Notes: a model not told the origin generated them from the sequence alone. Shown: positions 7,459 through 15,343, numbered from the stretch's first letter. The stretch: DNA of 32,000 nt from Promethearchaeum syntrophicum (GCF_008000775.2 NZ_CP042905.2:2430001-2462000), one strand, 5' to 3'. A program made the numbers and translations.

Positions 7459-7695
7459 AGATTTTCACAATTTAGTTGTTTGATTTATGATTGGTTTCAG
7501 AAGGTCCTCGATTGGATATGTTTCGGGGCAAAAAGGAGAATAATTGATTATTAGGACTCCTTAGACCAGTTATCATATCTACAATAGAGTTCTTAATTCT
7601 ATCGCCAACTAACAAATAATGAAATACATGAAATTTAAAAAATTTTGTGGTTTTAAGAGGTTTAGATCGTATAAATTGGATTGCCGGGGACCTGT

Positions 7696-8337
7696 TTATT
7701 TAATTTTTTTCAAAATAAGAAATTTCTTTTCACGTTTTGAATTGGGTTGTTCGATTAATAGACCTCCGATGAAATTGAGTTTTTTTAAACCATTAACAAA
7801 AAGTAGTTCTTCAGTTTTAGTCGGGTAAAATTCGATTCCTGCTCTACCTTTTTTTATTAAAGTTCTCTCTAAAGATTCAAGGGCTTTTTGAATAAATTTT
7901 TTCATTTGATTCTTCGATTGAGCCCCTGCAGAAGCGAAATTGAAGGCAGAAATTGAAATTATATAATTAAATATATTCGAACGAAAAGGGGAATATCGCA
8001 TATCTGCGAGAATTAAATGCAGATCTGAATTTTTTTTACATTGTTTTATCATATCGGATGAAACATCAACTCCTATAACACGGTTTTGAAAATTTGATTG
8101 TAAAATTGTATGACTTGAAAAACCCGTTCCACAGCCGATATCCAAAAAAAGAGATTTCAAAGATTTACTTTTTATCTTGCCACCAATTTGTTCAGATTCT
8201 AATAAATCTAAGACTTTTTGAGTAGTTTGGATTTGATTTCTTGCCATCCATTTAGATGATCCATATGCTTCAGCTTCAAGCCCGAAATACTCATCTGTTG
8301 ATGGTCTATTATTTTTTCTAGGAATGTGATTCACCAT
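7696..8337 (-). CDS. Class I SAM-dependent methyltransferase, Bud23/WBSCR22-like (divergent paralog)
   Basis: ATG start. Motif I is FLDIGCGTGFSS. The N-terminal part reads RPSTDEYFGLEAEAYGSS....IQTTQKVLDLL. The C-terminal part reads IEFYPTKTEELLFVNGLKKLNFIGGLLIEQPNSKREKKFLIL. This matches the family pattern QLYPE....GF.GG.V.DYPNS.K.KK.YL.L that I recall from human WBSCR22 and yeast Bud23. Confidence 0.65.
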   Translation of the reverse strand: MVNHIPRKNNRPSTDEYFGLEAEAYGSSKWMARNQIQTTQKVLDLLESEQIGGKIKSKSLKSLFLDIGCGTGFSSHTILQSNFQNRVIGVDVSSDMIKQCKKNSDLHLILADMRYSPFRSNIFNYIISISAFNFASAGAQSKNQMKKFIQKALESLERTLIKKGRAGIEFYPTKTEELLFVNGLKKLNFIGGLLIEQPNSKREKKFLILKKIK

Positions 8338-8360
8338 AAATTCTCTTTCATAATCAGAGA

Positions 8361-9020
8361 TTATTTTTTTTCAAGATAAAGGAAAATTTTACGCTTTTTT
8401 GGATTATCTGGATTATCTATTACGAAATTTCCGTTGAATTGCCCTGTACTATTAAAAATCTTGCCGATTTCATGCATAGATGTATCAGATTTAGGATAGA
8501 ATTGAAAAATGATTTTTCCTTTTGGTTTTAAAATTAAATTGCATTGATCAGCAATTTTTTTTAAATGATTAACGCGCCTTTTTTCATTTTTTTCAGCGAG
8601 AACCCATTGAATTGCAGATATAGAAAGTATCAAATCAAAACTCCCAAGTCTGAATCCTAAATCCCTCATATCGGACTGAATAGGGTTAAGATGGTGAATT
8701 TCATAATAAGTAAGGAATAAAAAATTAAGATCTATGCCCACAATTTGAAATTTATTAAGGAACATATGAGTTGATGCAAAACCACATCCCATCCCAAGAT
8801 CTAATACTCTTGCGGGTGGTTCAATTCGTGCGATCTCTAAAGCACGTTTTGTTATTTTCTCTTGGATTCGCATTAATGCTTTAGATTGAGAGTATTCGTT
8901 TACTCGCTTTGCAATGTAAAACTCATTAGGATCTTTTGCATATTCTTCAGGGCGTTCGTATTTGATATAAAATTCATACTGTGAGCTTTTTTCTGTTTTT
9001 TTCTTTTTTTTCTCGTTCAT
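8361..9020 (-). CDS. Class I SAM-dependent methyltransferase, Bud23/WBSCR22-like (rRNA m7G methyltransferase family, closer paralog)
   Basis: ORF track starts at TTG 9032; the ATG at 9020 gives MNEKKKKK. RPEEYAKDPNEFYIAKRVNEYSQSKALMRIQEKITKRALEIA resembles [41 protein letters not shown] of WBSCR22 (from memory). Other matching segments are VLDLGMGCGFAS, VGIDL, ILSISAIQWV and IIFQFYPKSD...GQFNGNFVIDNPDNPKKRKIFLYL. Confidence 0.75.
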   Translation of the reverse strand: MNEKKKKKTEKSSQYEFYIKYERPEEYAKDPNEFYIAKRVNEYSQSKALMRIQEKITKRALEIARIEPPARVLDLGMGCGFASTHMFLNKFQIVGIDLNFLFLTYYEIHHLNPIQSDMRDLGFRLGSFDLILSISAIQWVLAEKNEKRRVNHLKKIADQCNLILKPKGKIIFQFYPKSDTSMHEIGKIFNSTGQFNGNFVIDNPDNPKKRKIFLYLEKK

Positions 9021-9135
9021 TATCCAAACCAAATATTTTCAAATTATATAATGAATCCAAAATGAAAAAATTTTTTATCTTTCGTAGTTTTAAACAGTTA
9101 AGATTTGAATTTATACATAGATACGTGGATTTTTA

Positions 9136-9489
9136 ATGGCAAAGAAAAACGATAAGGAAGCGGAGAAAAAGAAAGCTCCGGTAGAAAGGAAAGAAGAAGC
9201 AATCGACAAAATTGCTGTTTTGGCTCAAGTTAAAAAAATGAATAAGAAATATGGGAAAGTTGCTAGTGTTTCAATCAAGCAAAGAGATCCTTTTATTCCT
9301 CGTGCAATCGAAGAAAAAATTCGAGAAGATATTCCAAAAATGAAAGTGATTACAGCTAATGATCTAGCAGCAAAACATGATATCCGAGTTTCTGCAATTA
9401 AAAAGCTTCTTTTAGTTATGGAACAAGAAGGTAAATTGAAACGACTTGCTAGTTCAAGCAGAATAAAAGTATTTAATCCAGTTTTATAA
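9136..9489 (+). CDS. rps25e: 30S ribosomal protein eS25 (S25e)
   Basis: 117 aa with a Lys/Glu-rich N-terminus and a winged-helix C-terminal part, VITANDLAAKHDIRVSAIKKLLLVMEQEGKLKRLASSSRIKVFNP. This is typical of S25e. Confidence 0.9.
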   Translation: MAKKNDKEAEKKKAPVERKEEAIDKIAVLAQVKKMNKKYGKVASVSIKQRDPFIPRAIEEKIREDIPKMKVITANDLAAKHDIRVSAIKKLLLVMEQEGKLKRLASSSRIKVFNPVL

Positions 9490-9524
9490 AATTATTTTTT
9501 TTTAATAGTTTTGGCTAAGAGGTA

Positions 9525-10724
9525 TTGATTTTGGCTAATTTTCTAAACGATATACAATTTAAAAATCCTATCAGAGAAGGGATTGAAGGTTATCGTTCTG
9601 TACTTAGAGAAATCTATCGAGCCGGATTAATATCACTTAAAGATTTATCTCAAAAAGTATTAATCCCCATTCCAGTTATATCTAAAATTGTTAATTATAT
9701 GGTCGAATTGAAAGTATTGGATAGAATTCCGGCTGGTATACTTTATACTGAAAATGGAATGCAGTTTATCGAGTCTGAACTGAAATTTTATGGATTTGGA
9801 ATTTCAAAATGTGAACTTTGCAATGGACATCCGATATTTATATCTCCAAGATGGGATAATGTATTGGATAAACTTGATGAAATATTCGAAAAACGCCCAA
9901 AAGTTGATACAACTCTAGATCAAGCGTTTGCAACTGCTGAAACTAGTTTAAGTAGAGCTCTTTTATTGTATGATAGGGGAGCTCTTGATGGGAAGAAGAT
10001 ATGCTTATTAGGGGATGACGATTATTCATCCGTTGCAATTGCATTTTTATATTTGGGTTTTTTCCCTGAAAATCCAAAATTAATACCTGAAGAAATGGTT
10101 GTAATTGACATTGATAATCGTTTATTAGAAGGTATTAAGAAAGCAGTGAATGAAAATTCTTTTAATATAAAATACAAACTTTGGGATTATAGGACAAAAA
10201 TTCCAGAAGATTTACTAAATATATTCGACATAATAATGATAGATCCTCCATATTCTGAAAATGGGCTACGATTAACCCTTTCAAGAGCAATTGATATGTT
10301 ACGAATTGAAATCGGAAGAGAAATATATCTCTCATTTGCTCATAGGTCTCCAGTGAAATTCTTAAAAATTCAAGAAATAATAACTGAAATGGGTTTAGCA
10401 ATTATGGAAATTACCCCTCGTTTTAATACATATGAAGGGGCTACGATTCTAGGAAATCAAACACAAATTTTACGCTTAATTACAACTTCAGATACGAAAT
10501 CTTCAATCTCCTCGACATTTAAATTTGAAGAACAAATTTATACAGGAGAATTATCTCCAACAACTCGTTTCTATTATTGTTTAAAATGCAATAAAACAAT
10601 AGAAATTGGAGAAACCAGTCAAATTAAAACAATAGAGAAATTGAAAGAAATTGGATGCCCATATTGCAAATCAAAAGAAGGTCCATTTCAACTTGAAGGA
10701 AAAGTAAAAAATAATCCGTCTTAA
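9525..10724 (+). CDS. DUF43/BpsA-family aminopropyltransferase-like protein (N4-bis(aminopropyl)spermidine synthase family) with N-terminal wHTH-like domain and C-terminal CxxC...CxxC zinc ribbon
   Basis: The GDDD signature is ICLLGDDDYSSVAIAF, and the DPPY-like motif is FDIIMIDPPYSENG. The N-terminus has a wHTH-like stretch, ISLKDLSQKVLIPIPVISKIVNYMVELKVLDRIP. The C-terminus reads YYCLKCNKTIE...GCPYCKSKEG. The first in-frame ATG is at codon 59, inside the wHTH, so a TTG start (9525 or 9531) is required. Confidence 0.7.
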   Translation: MILANFLNDIQFKNPIREGIEGYRSVLREIYRAGLISLKDLSQKVLIPIPVISKIVNYMVELKVLDRIPAGILYTENGMQFIESELKFYGFGISKCELCNGHPIFISPRWDNVLDKLDEIFEKRPKVDTTLDQAFATAETSLSRALLLYDRGALDGKKICLLGDDDYSSVAIAFLYLGFFPENPKLIPEEMVVIDIDNRLLEGIKKAVNENSFNIKYKLWDYRTKIPEDLLNIFDIIMIDPPYSENGLRLTLSRAIDMLRIEIGREIYLSFAHRSPVKFLKIQEIITEMGLAIMEITPRFNTYEGATILGNQTQILRLITTSDTKSSISSTFKFEEQIYTGELSPTTRFYYCLKCNKTIEIGETSQIKTIEKLKEIGCPYCKSKEGPFQLEGKVKNNPS

Positions 10725-10757
10725 TAACATAAAAGTAAATAAATAAACTAAAGTATA

Positions 10758-11990
10758 TTATTCATCATCCATCATGTCCCAAAATTTTGGGTAGTCCTCG
10801 TTATCTTCAGATTTTTCCTTTGGGGCTTCATTTACATTTGGAGGTTCTTTTAATTTTATTATTCGATATTTTTGTTCTTGATTAGAATTAATTGAGCCAT
10901 CTAATATCTCTTTAATTTTTGATTCATATTTTGCTGCAATAGATGCTTCTTCATCAGTTAGATCTATGGTAGGTTCTTTTTGTTTAGGTTTTTCTTTAAC
11001 TTTCTTTTTCAGAAAGTTTTTCCACCGTTTTTCTTCCTCTTTGATATCTTTCTCGATATATTTAAGAAAATTCTTAAAAATCTTAAAATCAGTATTTGGT
11101 CTTTTTTTAAGGATATAAAACCTATCTCCTTCGCTTAATTGGGAAAAATTAAGTTGAACTGTTGTGCTTGTAGCAGGGTCATTCATGTCGATAATCATAC
11201 TTTTACGATTCCATTCATAACTCTCAATTTTTTCATCAGACTCTTCAATGTTATCTAAATTTTCAATATCTTGGGTTTTTTTTAAATGAGTTAGTTGATG
11301 TATTCGATAAATCCCGCGTATTGCCAACCAATGATGGAATTGACCATATAAAATAATAACCTCTGGATTATTGGAGAATTCTTCAAGTTTTTTCCATTTT
11401 TCTTTTGTTGTTTCTGGAATTTTTTTTACTAAATCTTGCTTTGAAAAATAAAAAGCACCTGTTTGATCTTCTGAATCTTGATAGAGGAATTCATAGTTAA
11501 ATATCTCCGCAATAATTTTCAATTCAGCATCCGTCTTCATTGTGTGAATATTTGTCATTAAAATCAATGGAGTGATGTAATCATGATCCCCTTCAAGATA
11601 ATGTAAAAAGGTATAAGCTTCATCGATTTGGTGTTTATTTAATAAATTTTGACGGAATTGTTCCTGATTATATTTATTGATAATTTTATGATCCTCGTAA
11701 AGATATTCTAAGCGTTCGTTAAAAAATTTGTATAATGCATCTTTATTCGAAATTCCAACAGATTTTAAAAGTAAATATTGTAAAGCAACAGCTAATTTAA
11801 GATCTTTTTGATTGAAGCTTGTTTTTCCAAATATACCACTAATTTTGTCCCAAATTTTATCAAGAAATTCACTGATTTCTATATTTTTTGGTAGATCTAC
11901 TAACATTAATAGAGAAGACAACCCGCAACCGTTAACATGTTGAGTATAAGTTGGTATGTGTCGTATATATGGATGGTTAACTTCGTTCAA
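10758..11990 (-). CDS. Predicted papain-fold (peptidase C39-like) cysteine peptidase, cytoplasmic, with a Lys/Glu-rich C-terminal extension (paralog 2)
   Basis: Candidate catalytic residues appear in C39 order. These are Gln-x4-Cys (YTQHVNGCGLSSLLMLVD, Cys codon at 11925-11927), His (GQFHHWLAIRG) and Asp (MIIDMNDPATS). There is no signal peptide or TM segment. The only start that includes the Cys is the TTG at 11990, which overlaps the upstream stop. Confidence 0.5.
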   Translation of the reverse strand: MNEVNHPYIRHIPTYTQHVNGCGLSSLLMLVDLPKNIEISEFLDKIWDKISGIFGKTSFNQKDLKLAVALQYLLLKSVGISNKDALYKFFNERLEYLYEDHKIINKYNQEQFRQNLLNKHQIDEAYTFLHYLEGDHDYITPLILMTNIHTMKTDAELKIIAEIFNYEFLYQDSEDQTGAFYFSKQDLVKKIPETTKEKWKKLEEFSNNPEVIILYGQFHHWLAIRGIYRIHQLTHLKKTQDIENLDNIEESDEKIESYEWNRKSMIIDMNDPATSTTVQLNFSQLSEGDRFYILKKRPNTDFKIFKNFLKYIEKDIKEEEKRWKNFLKKKVKEKPKQKEPTIDLTDEEASIAAKYESKIKEILDGSINSNQEQKYRIIKLKEPPNVNEAPKEKSEDNEDYPKFWDMMDDE

Positions 11991-12982
11991 AATAGCTCAT
12001 CATCTCCTATTAAACCATCTTTATAAAATTTATTATCAGTACGATTGTTTTGGCTATTACTAGTTTCATCCATCTCATTCGGAATATCTTGAGCAATGGC
12101 GTTTTGAAGATGTTCCCATAATATTGAATTATCTGATTTCTTTTTTGTGAATATGTAAAAATAATTTTGAGAAATAATTTCTTTCAGTTGTACTGAATGT
12201 TGTTTAGGAATAATCGGATCATTATAAGATATAACATAATCTTTAATAGAAGATTTCGGAGCAATTTTTTCATTCTTCATTATCCATTTATCTAAATCTC
12301 TCGTATGCAATCCTGTTAATATTTGCCAGTGTTTTCCATCTCCGAACAGAATTCGATTTTCTGGATTTATATAAGATTTACATAAAATATCTAGAAACTC
12401 CTTATCTTTTTTATTATAAACTAAAGCTCCGTTTGTAGAATTATAAGCAACAAAATCAAAACCAAATATTGACATCAAAATTTTTAAATCCATATCATTT
12501 TTAACAGAAAAGGTTTCATTTTTAAGCATTAGTGTGGGAATTGTATTTCCTTCTAAAATATACCGATCATAAGCTTTCGCTATAGAGAACATTTCATGTT
12601 CGATGAATTTTTGATGACTCTCGGCTAAATTGAAATTTGAAATTAATTTTTGATTTTCATAGTCATATTTGAACTGATCAGTTAAAAATTTGCTCAGAAA
12701 TTTATATTTTTCTGAATCTCTGCTTAAAGCTTTTAATAACACATATTGAAGGACATATTGATAAATAAATTCTGATTCTTTAACTGGAATTATTTTGAAA
12801 ATAATTGGATCGATTAATTCTCCAATATTGTCTAATATTTTCTTTAGTTTGGGATTCTTATTTGGATCCATAAGCATCAAAATAGACGCAAGCCCACAAC
12901 TGTTTATCAATTGTCTATATAAGGGATATTCCCATTTTGTCGGAAGATTTTGGTCCACTTTTACATCTTTTCCATTCAGCAT
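11987..12982 (-). CDS. Predicted papain-fold (peptidase C39-like) cysteine peptidase, cytoplasmic (paralog 1)
   Basis: ORF track starts at TTG 13000; the ATG at 12982 gives MLNGKDVKV. Motifs are YRQLINSCGLASILMLMDP (Cys codon 12896-12898), GDGKHWQILTG and VISYNDPIIP. It is colinear with the downstream paralog (LQYVLLKAL/LQYLLLKSV, KNDMDLKILMSIFGFDF/KTDAELKIIAEIFNYEF). Confidence 0.5.
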   Translation of the reverse strand: MLNGKDVKVDQNLPTKWEYPLYRQLINSCGLASILMLMDPNKNPKLKKILDNIGELIDPIIFKIIPVKESEFIYQYVLQYVLLKALSRDSEKYKFLSKFLTDQFKYDYENQKLISNFNLAESHQKFIEHEMFSIAKAYDRYILEGNTIPTLMLKNETFSVKNDMDLKILMSIFGFDFVAYNSTNGALVYNKKDKEFLDILCKSYINPENRILFGDGKHWQILTGLHTRDLDKWIMKNEKIAPKSSIKDYVISYNDPIIPKQHSVQLKEIISQNYFYIFTKKKSDNSILWEHLQNAIAQDIPNEMDETSNSQNNRTDNKFYKDGLIGDDELF

Positions 12983-13089
12983 ATTAAAATAGAGTATCAA
13001 AGATAATATTGAGTTTAAAAATTTAATAATTTTGGTTAACTCGTAAGATTTTTTATTTTTGTGGAATTTTTAAAGAGTAGATCAGATAA

Positions 13090-13172
13090 GCATGTGTAGC
13101 CAAGTGGTCGACGGCGCCGGATTCGAAATCCGGTGAGCATTGCTCTCGTGGGTTCAAATCCCCCCACATGCG
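13090..13172 (+). tRNA. tRNA-Ser (anticodon CGA), class II with long variable arm
   Basis: Hand fold. Acceptor is GCATGTG/CACATGC. D-stem is 3 bp, GCC/GGC. Anticodon stem is CCGGA/TCCGG with loop TTCGAAA, giving anticodon CGA. The variable arm is T-GAGC-ATT-GCTC-TC. The T-arm is GTGGG-TTCAAAT-CCCCC with one U:C mismatch. Discriminator is G. Total length is 83 nt. Confidence 0.85.
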
Positions 13173-13181
13173 TTATTTTTG
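13173..13181 (+). terminator. T-run directly 3' of tRNA-Ser (archaeal oligo-T terminator candidate)
   Basis: TTATTTTTG follows the discriminator base immediately. Confidence 0.35.
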
Positions 13182-13245
13182 GTTCATATTGTTTATGATT
13201 GCAAGCAGATATTACACAATTTGGGTATAAAGGAAAAATTTTTTC

Positions 13246-14274
13246 TTAAAATATTAATATAAGACCTAAATAAATGGCTGCAGAAAGGATCGCAGCAGCA
13301 GGAAATGTAACTATCCATGCCAGAATCATTTTTTTTAAAGATTTCCAGTTAGGTTTTTCCCCTTTTGATAGTCCGCTTCCGATAATTGCGAAAATTAAAA
13401 CATGAGATCCTGATATCGGAAGTCCGAGGAGAGTACATGTTAAAACAACAATTGCGTTTGAACTTTCAATCGCAAATGCATCACTTGGCCGCATTTCAAT
13501 GAGTGAACCTCCAACATTTTTTATTACATTTCTTCCAATCAGAATTAACCCTAAAGCAATCATACAACCAATTAATATTTTTATTAGAACTTCTAAATTT
13601 TGCGGAATATCACCATTTTCAATTAAACCATAATAAATTCCTATAGCATTCGCAGAATCATTACCTCCACGACTCAGTTGAGTTACGGAAATAAAAAATA
13701 ATAAAATTAGGCGAAACTTTTTTTCCAAGACTTCAATTTCTAAAAATCCAATTATGCCATCTTTTTTCCATTTTCGAGTCATAAAATTATGAACGAATTT
13801 TTGCATTAAAGAAGCGGTAATTAAACCCAAAATGGGAGATAAAATCCATCCCAATGCAATTTGACCTAATTTAATCCAATTCAAAGAATATAAAAAATCA
13901 TTCCCAGGAATGAACGACCACATAAAAGCAACGCCGATTACTGATCCAACTACAGAATGAGTTGTAGAAATAGGAGCGCCGGTTTTAGAAGCAAAAACTA
14001 ACCAAGTACTCGTGCTAAGAATTATCGCAAACATCATCCAAACATCGTATTCAATTTGTAATTCAGCAGAAAATAAACTTGATCCGATATTTTTCCCAAC
14101 ATTTTTTGATAAAAAAATACAACCTAGAGAAGCTAAAAGACCCCCCCATAAGACTGCTTTATTTAGACTTAATGAACCACTACCAACGACAGAACTCATT
14201 GTTTCATCGTTTGAGCCTATTCCAAAAGCTAAGTAAAGAGTTATCAAAACCACTAAGAGTATCATGAGGTCCAT
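13246..14274 (-). CDS. Inorganic phosphate transporter, PiT (PHO4) family
   Basis: 342 aa and polytopic. It has the two PiT signature repeats GIGSNDETMSSVVGSG and SRGGNDSANAIG (GANDVAN-type), plus ISTTHSVVGSVIGV and ISGSHVLIFAIIG. Confidence 0.9.
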   Translation of the reverse strand: MDLMILLVVLITLYLAFGIGSNDETMSSVVGSGSLSLNKAVLWGGLLASLGCIFLSKNVGKNIGSSLFSAELQIEYDVWMMFAIILSTSTWLVFASKTGAPISTTHSVVGSVIGVAFMWSFIPGNDFLYSLNWIKLGQIALGWILSPILGLITASLMQKFVHNFMTRKWKKDGIIGFLEIEVLEKKFRLILLFFISVTQLSRGGNDSANAIGIYYGLIENGDIPQNLEVLIKILIGCMIALGLILIGRNVIKNVGGSLIEMRPSDAFAIESSNAIVVLTCTLLGLPISGSHVLIFAIIGSGLSKGEKPNWKSLKKMILAWIVTFPAAAILSAAIYLGLILIF

Positions 14275-14320
14275 TTTATTCCCCGATCATTTTTTAATCA
14301 TTATCGAATTTGAGCATATA

Positions 14321-14953
14321 TTAAAAAGTTGAATATTTAGCAACCAATCCATAAATATTATCCGCAAAATGTTCCATTCGGTTAGTTACTTCTGCTAAAT
14401 TATTCATTAATTCTGCGTAAAACCGAAAGTCGCGATAATCTGGTTTAATTTCATATAATGCTTTAAAAAATTCTAATTTTCTCTCCCGTACTCCATGTCT
14501 GGCTTCATTTATTTGAACACATGTCTCAATCGCATGATCAAAATTATGGAAGAATTGATCTACTAGTTTATTCACCATTTTTCCGATTAAGGCAGTTTTC
14601 TTCCCTACCGCTTCAACATGGGTTCCTAATTCCCGAATGACTAATTTTGGAGAATAAACATCAAGATCAAAAATTACTTTCTTAGCTTGACCTACAATTC
14701 GATCCATCGATGTTACCATTCTCATACGATCTGGACGGGAAAAAACCATTGATTCTGAACCGAAAATTCGTGTAATTATTTCATCTCTACATTGATCTTG
14801 TTCATCTTCTAAATTAATAACTTTTATTGAGAAATGTTTTATTTGGGCATGATCCTCGGCGCAAAATGCAACTAAAGCCTCAGATAGCGATTTCAAAGCC
14901 ATTTCTAGTAATTTAGCATCATGAATAAATAGATTTTGCAGCTTACCTTTCAT
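14321..14953 (-). CDS. DUF47/PhoU-like phosphate-transport accessory protein
   Basis: ORF track starts at GTG 15004; the ATG at 14953 gives MKGKLQNLF. The protein is all-helical and about 210 aa. It lies directly upstream of the PiT gene on the same strand with a 46-bp gap, which is the common DUF47-PiT pairing. Confidence 0.65.
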   Translation of the reverse strand: MKGKLQNLFIHDAKLLEMALKSLSEALVAFCAEDHAQIKHFSIKVINLEDEQDQCRDEIITRIFGSESMVFSRPDRMRMVTSMDRIVGQAKKVIFDLDVYSPKLVIRELGTHVEAVGKKTALIGKMVNKLVDQFFHNFDHAIETCVQINEARHGVRERKLEFFKALYEIKPDYRDFRFYAELMNNLAEVTNRMEHFADNIYGLVAKYSTF

Positions 14954-15169
14954 TTCTTTATTTTTATTCTTAAAATTTTTTAATTTCCCGATGATTACCA
15001 CCACAATAAATGATATCAGACCTATTATTTGAAATAGAATTTTTGATTATTTTATAGATTTTCCTTTAATTCGTTTTTTTTTATTAATATAATAATAATT
15101 TATAAATAATTAGGGAATCGGACAAAAACATAATCAAAATTGCACAAAGGGTAGAAAAAAGATAAAACC

Positions 15170-15343
15170 TTATTTAGATATAACTATTTTTCGTGGATTT
15201 CTTGCTCTAAAATTAGGGGAAGAATTGAAAAAATTCCCGCATACAAGGCAATTATAGTTATTTAGGCTTGTATTTAGTGCAGTATTTTCATATTCACAAT
15301 GTGGGCATATTACAAACCATTCGAATCTTATATGTTTAGTCAT
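15170..15343 (-). CDS. Small zinc-ribbon protein (57 aa), absent from the supplied ORF track because it is under 60 aa
   Basis: My translation is MTKHIRFEWFVICPHCEYENTALNTSLNNYNCLVCGNFFNSSPNFRARNPRKIVISK. It has CPHC-x17-CLVC spacing. The ATG lies 29 nt downstream of the stop of the 15373..15858 gene on the same strand. Confidence 0.4.
   Translation of the reverse strand: MTKHIRFEWFVICPHCEYENTALNTSLNNYNCLVCGNFFNSSPNFRARNPRKIVISK

Noticed and set aside
9509-9539. Direct repeat TTTTGGCTAA (9509-9518 and 9530-9539) spanning the rps25e to BpsA-like intergenic region and start.
   Set aside because: It is only 10 bp with two copies in AT-rich sequence. The second copy is simply the first codons of the ORF, and there is no evidence for a regulatory role.
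11987-11990. Possibility that the two C39-like ORFs are one gene split by a frameshift or stop (a pseudogene).
   Set aside because: Each ORF contains its own complete Q/C/H/D motif set and they are colinear paralogs rather than two halves of one domain. The overlapping TGA/TTG is best read as translational coupling.
13051-13089. TATA-box/BRE promoter calls (for example TTTTTATTTTT at 13050-13060 and TTTTTAAA at 13067-13074 upstream of tRNA-Ser, and similar elements in the divergent regions 9033-9135, 17347-17520 and 21585-21816).
   Set aside because: At this AT content, TATA-like octamers occur every few tens of bases. Without TSS data I cannot distinguish real promoters from background, so none are listed as features.
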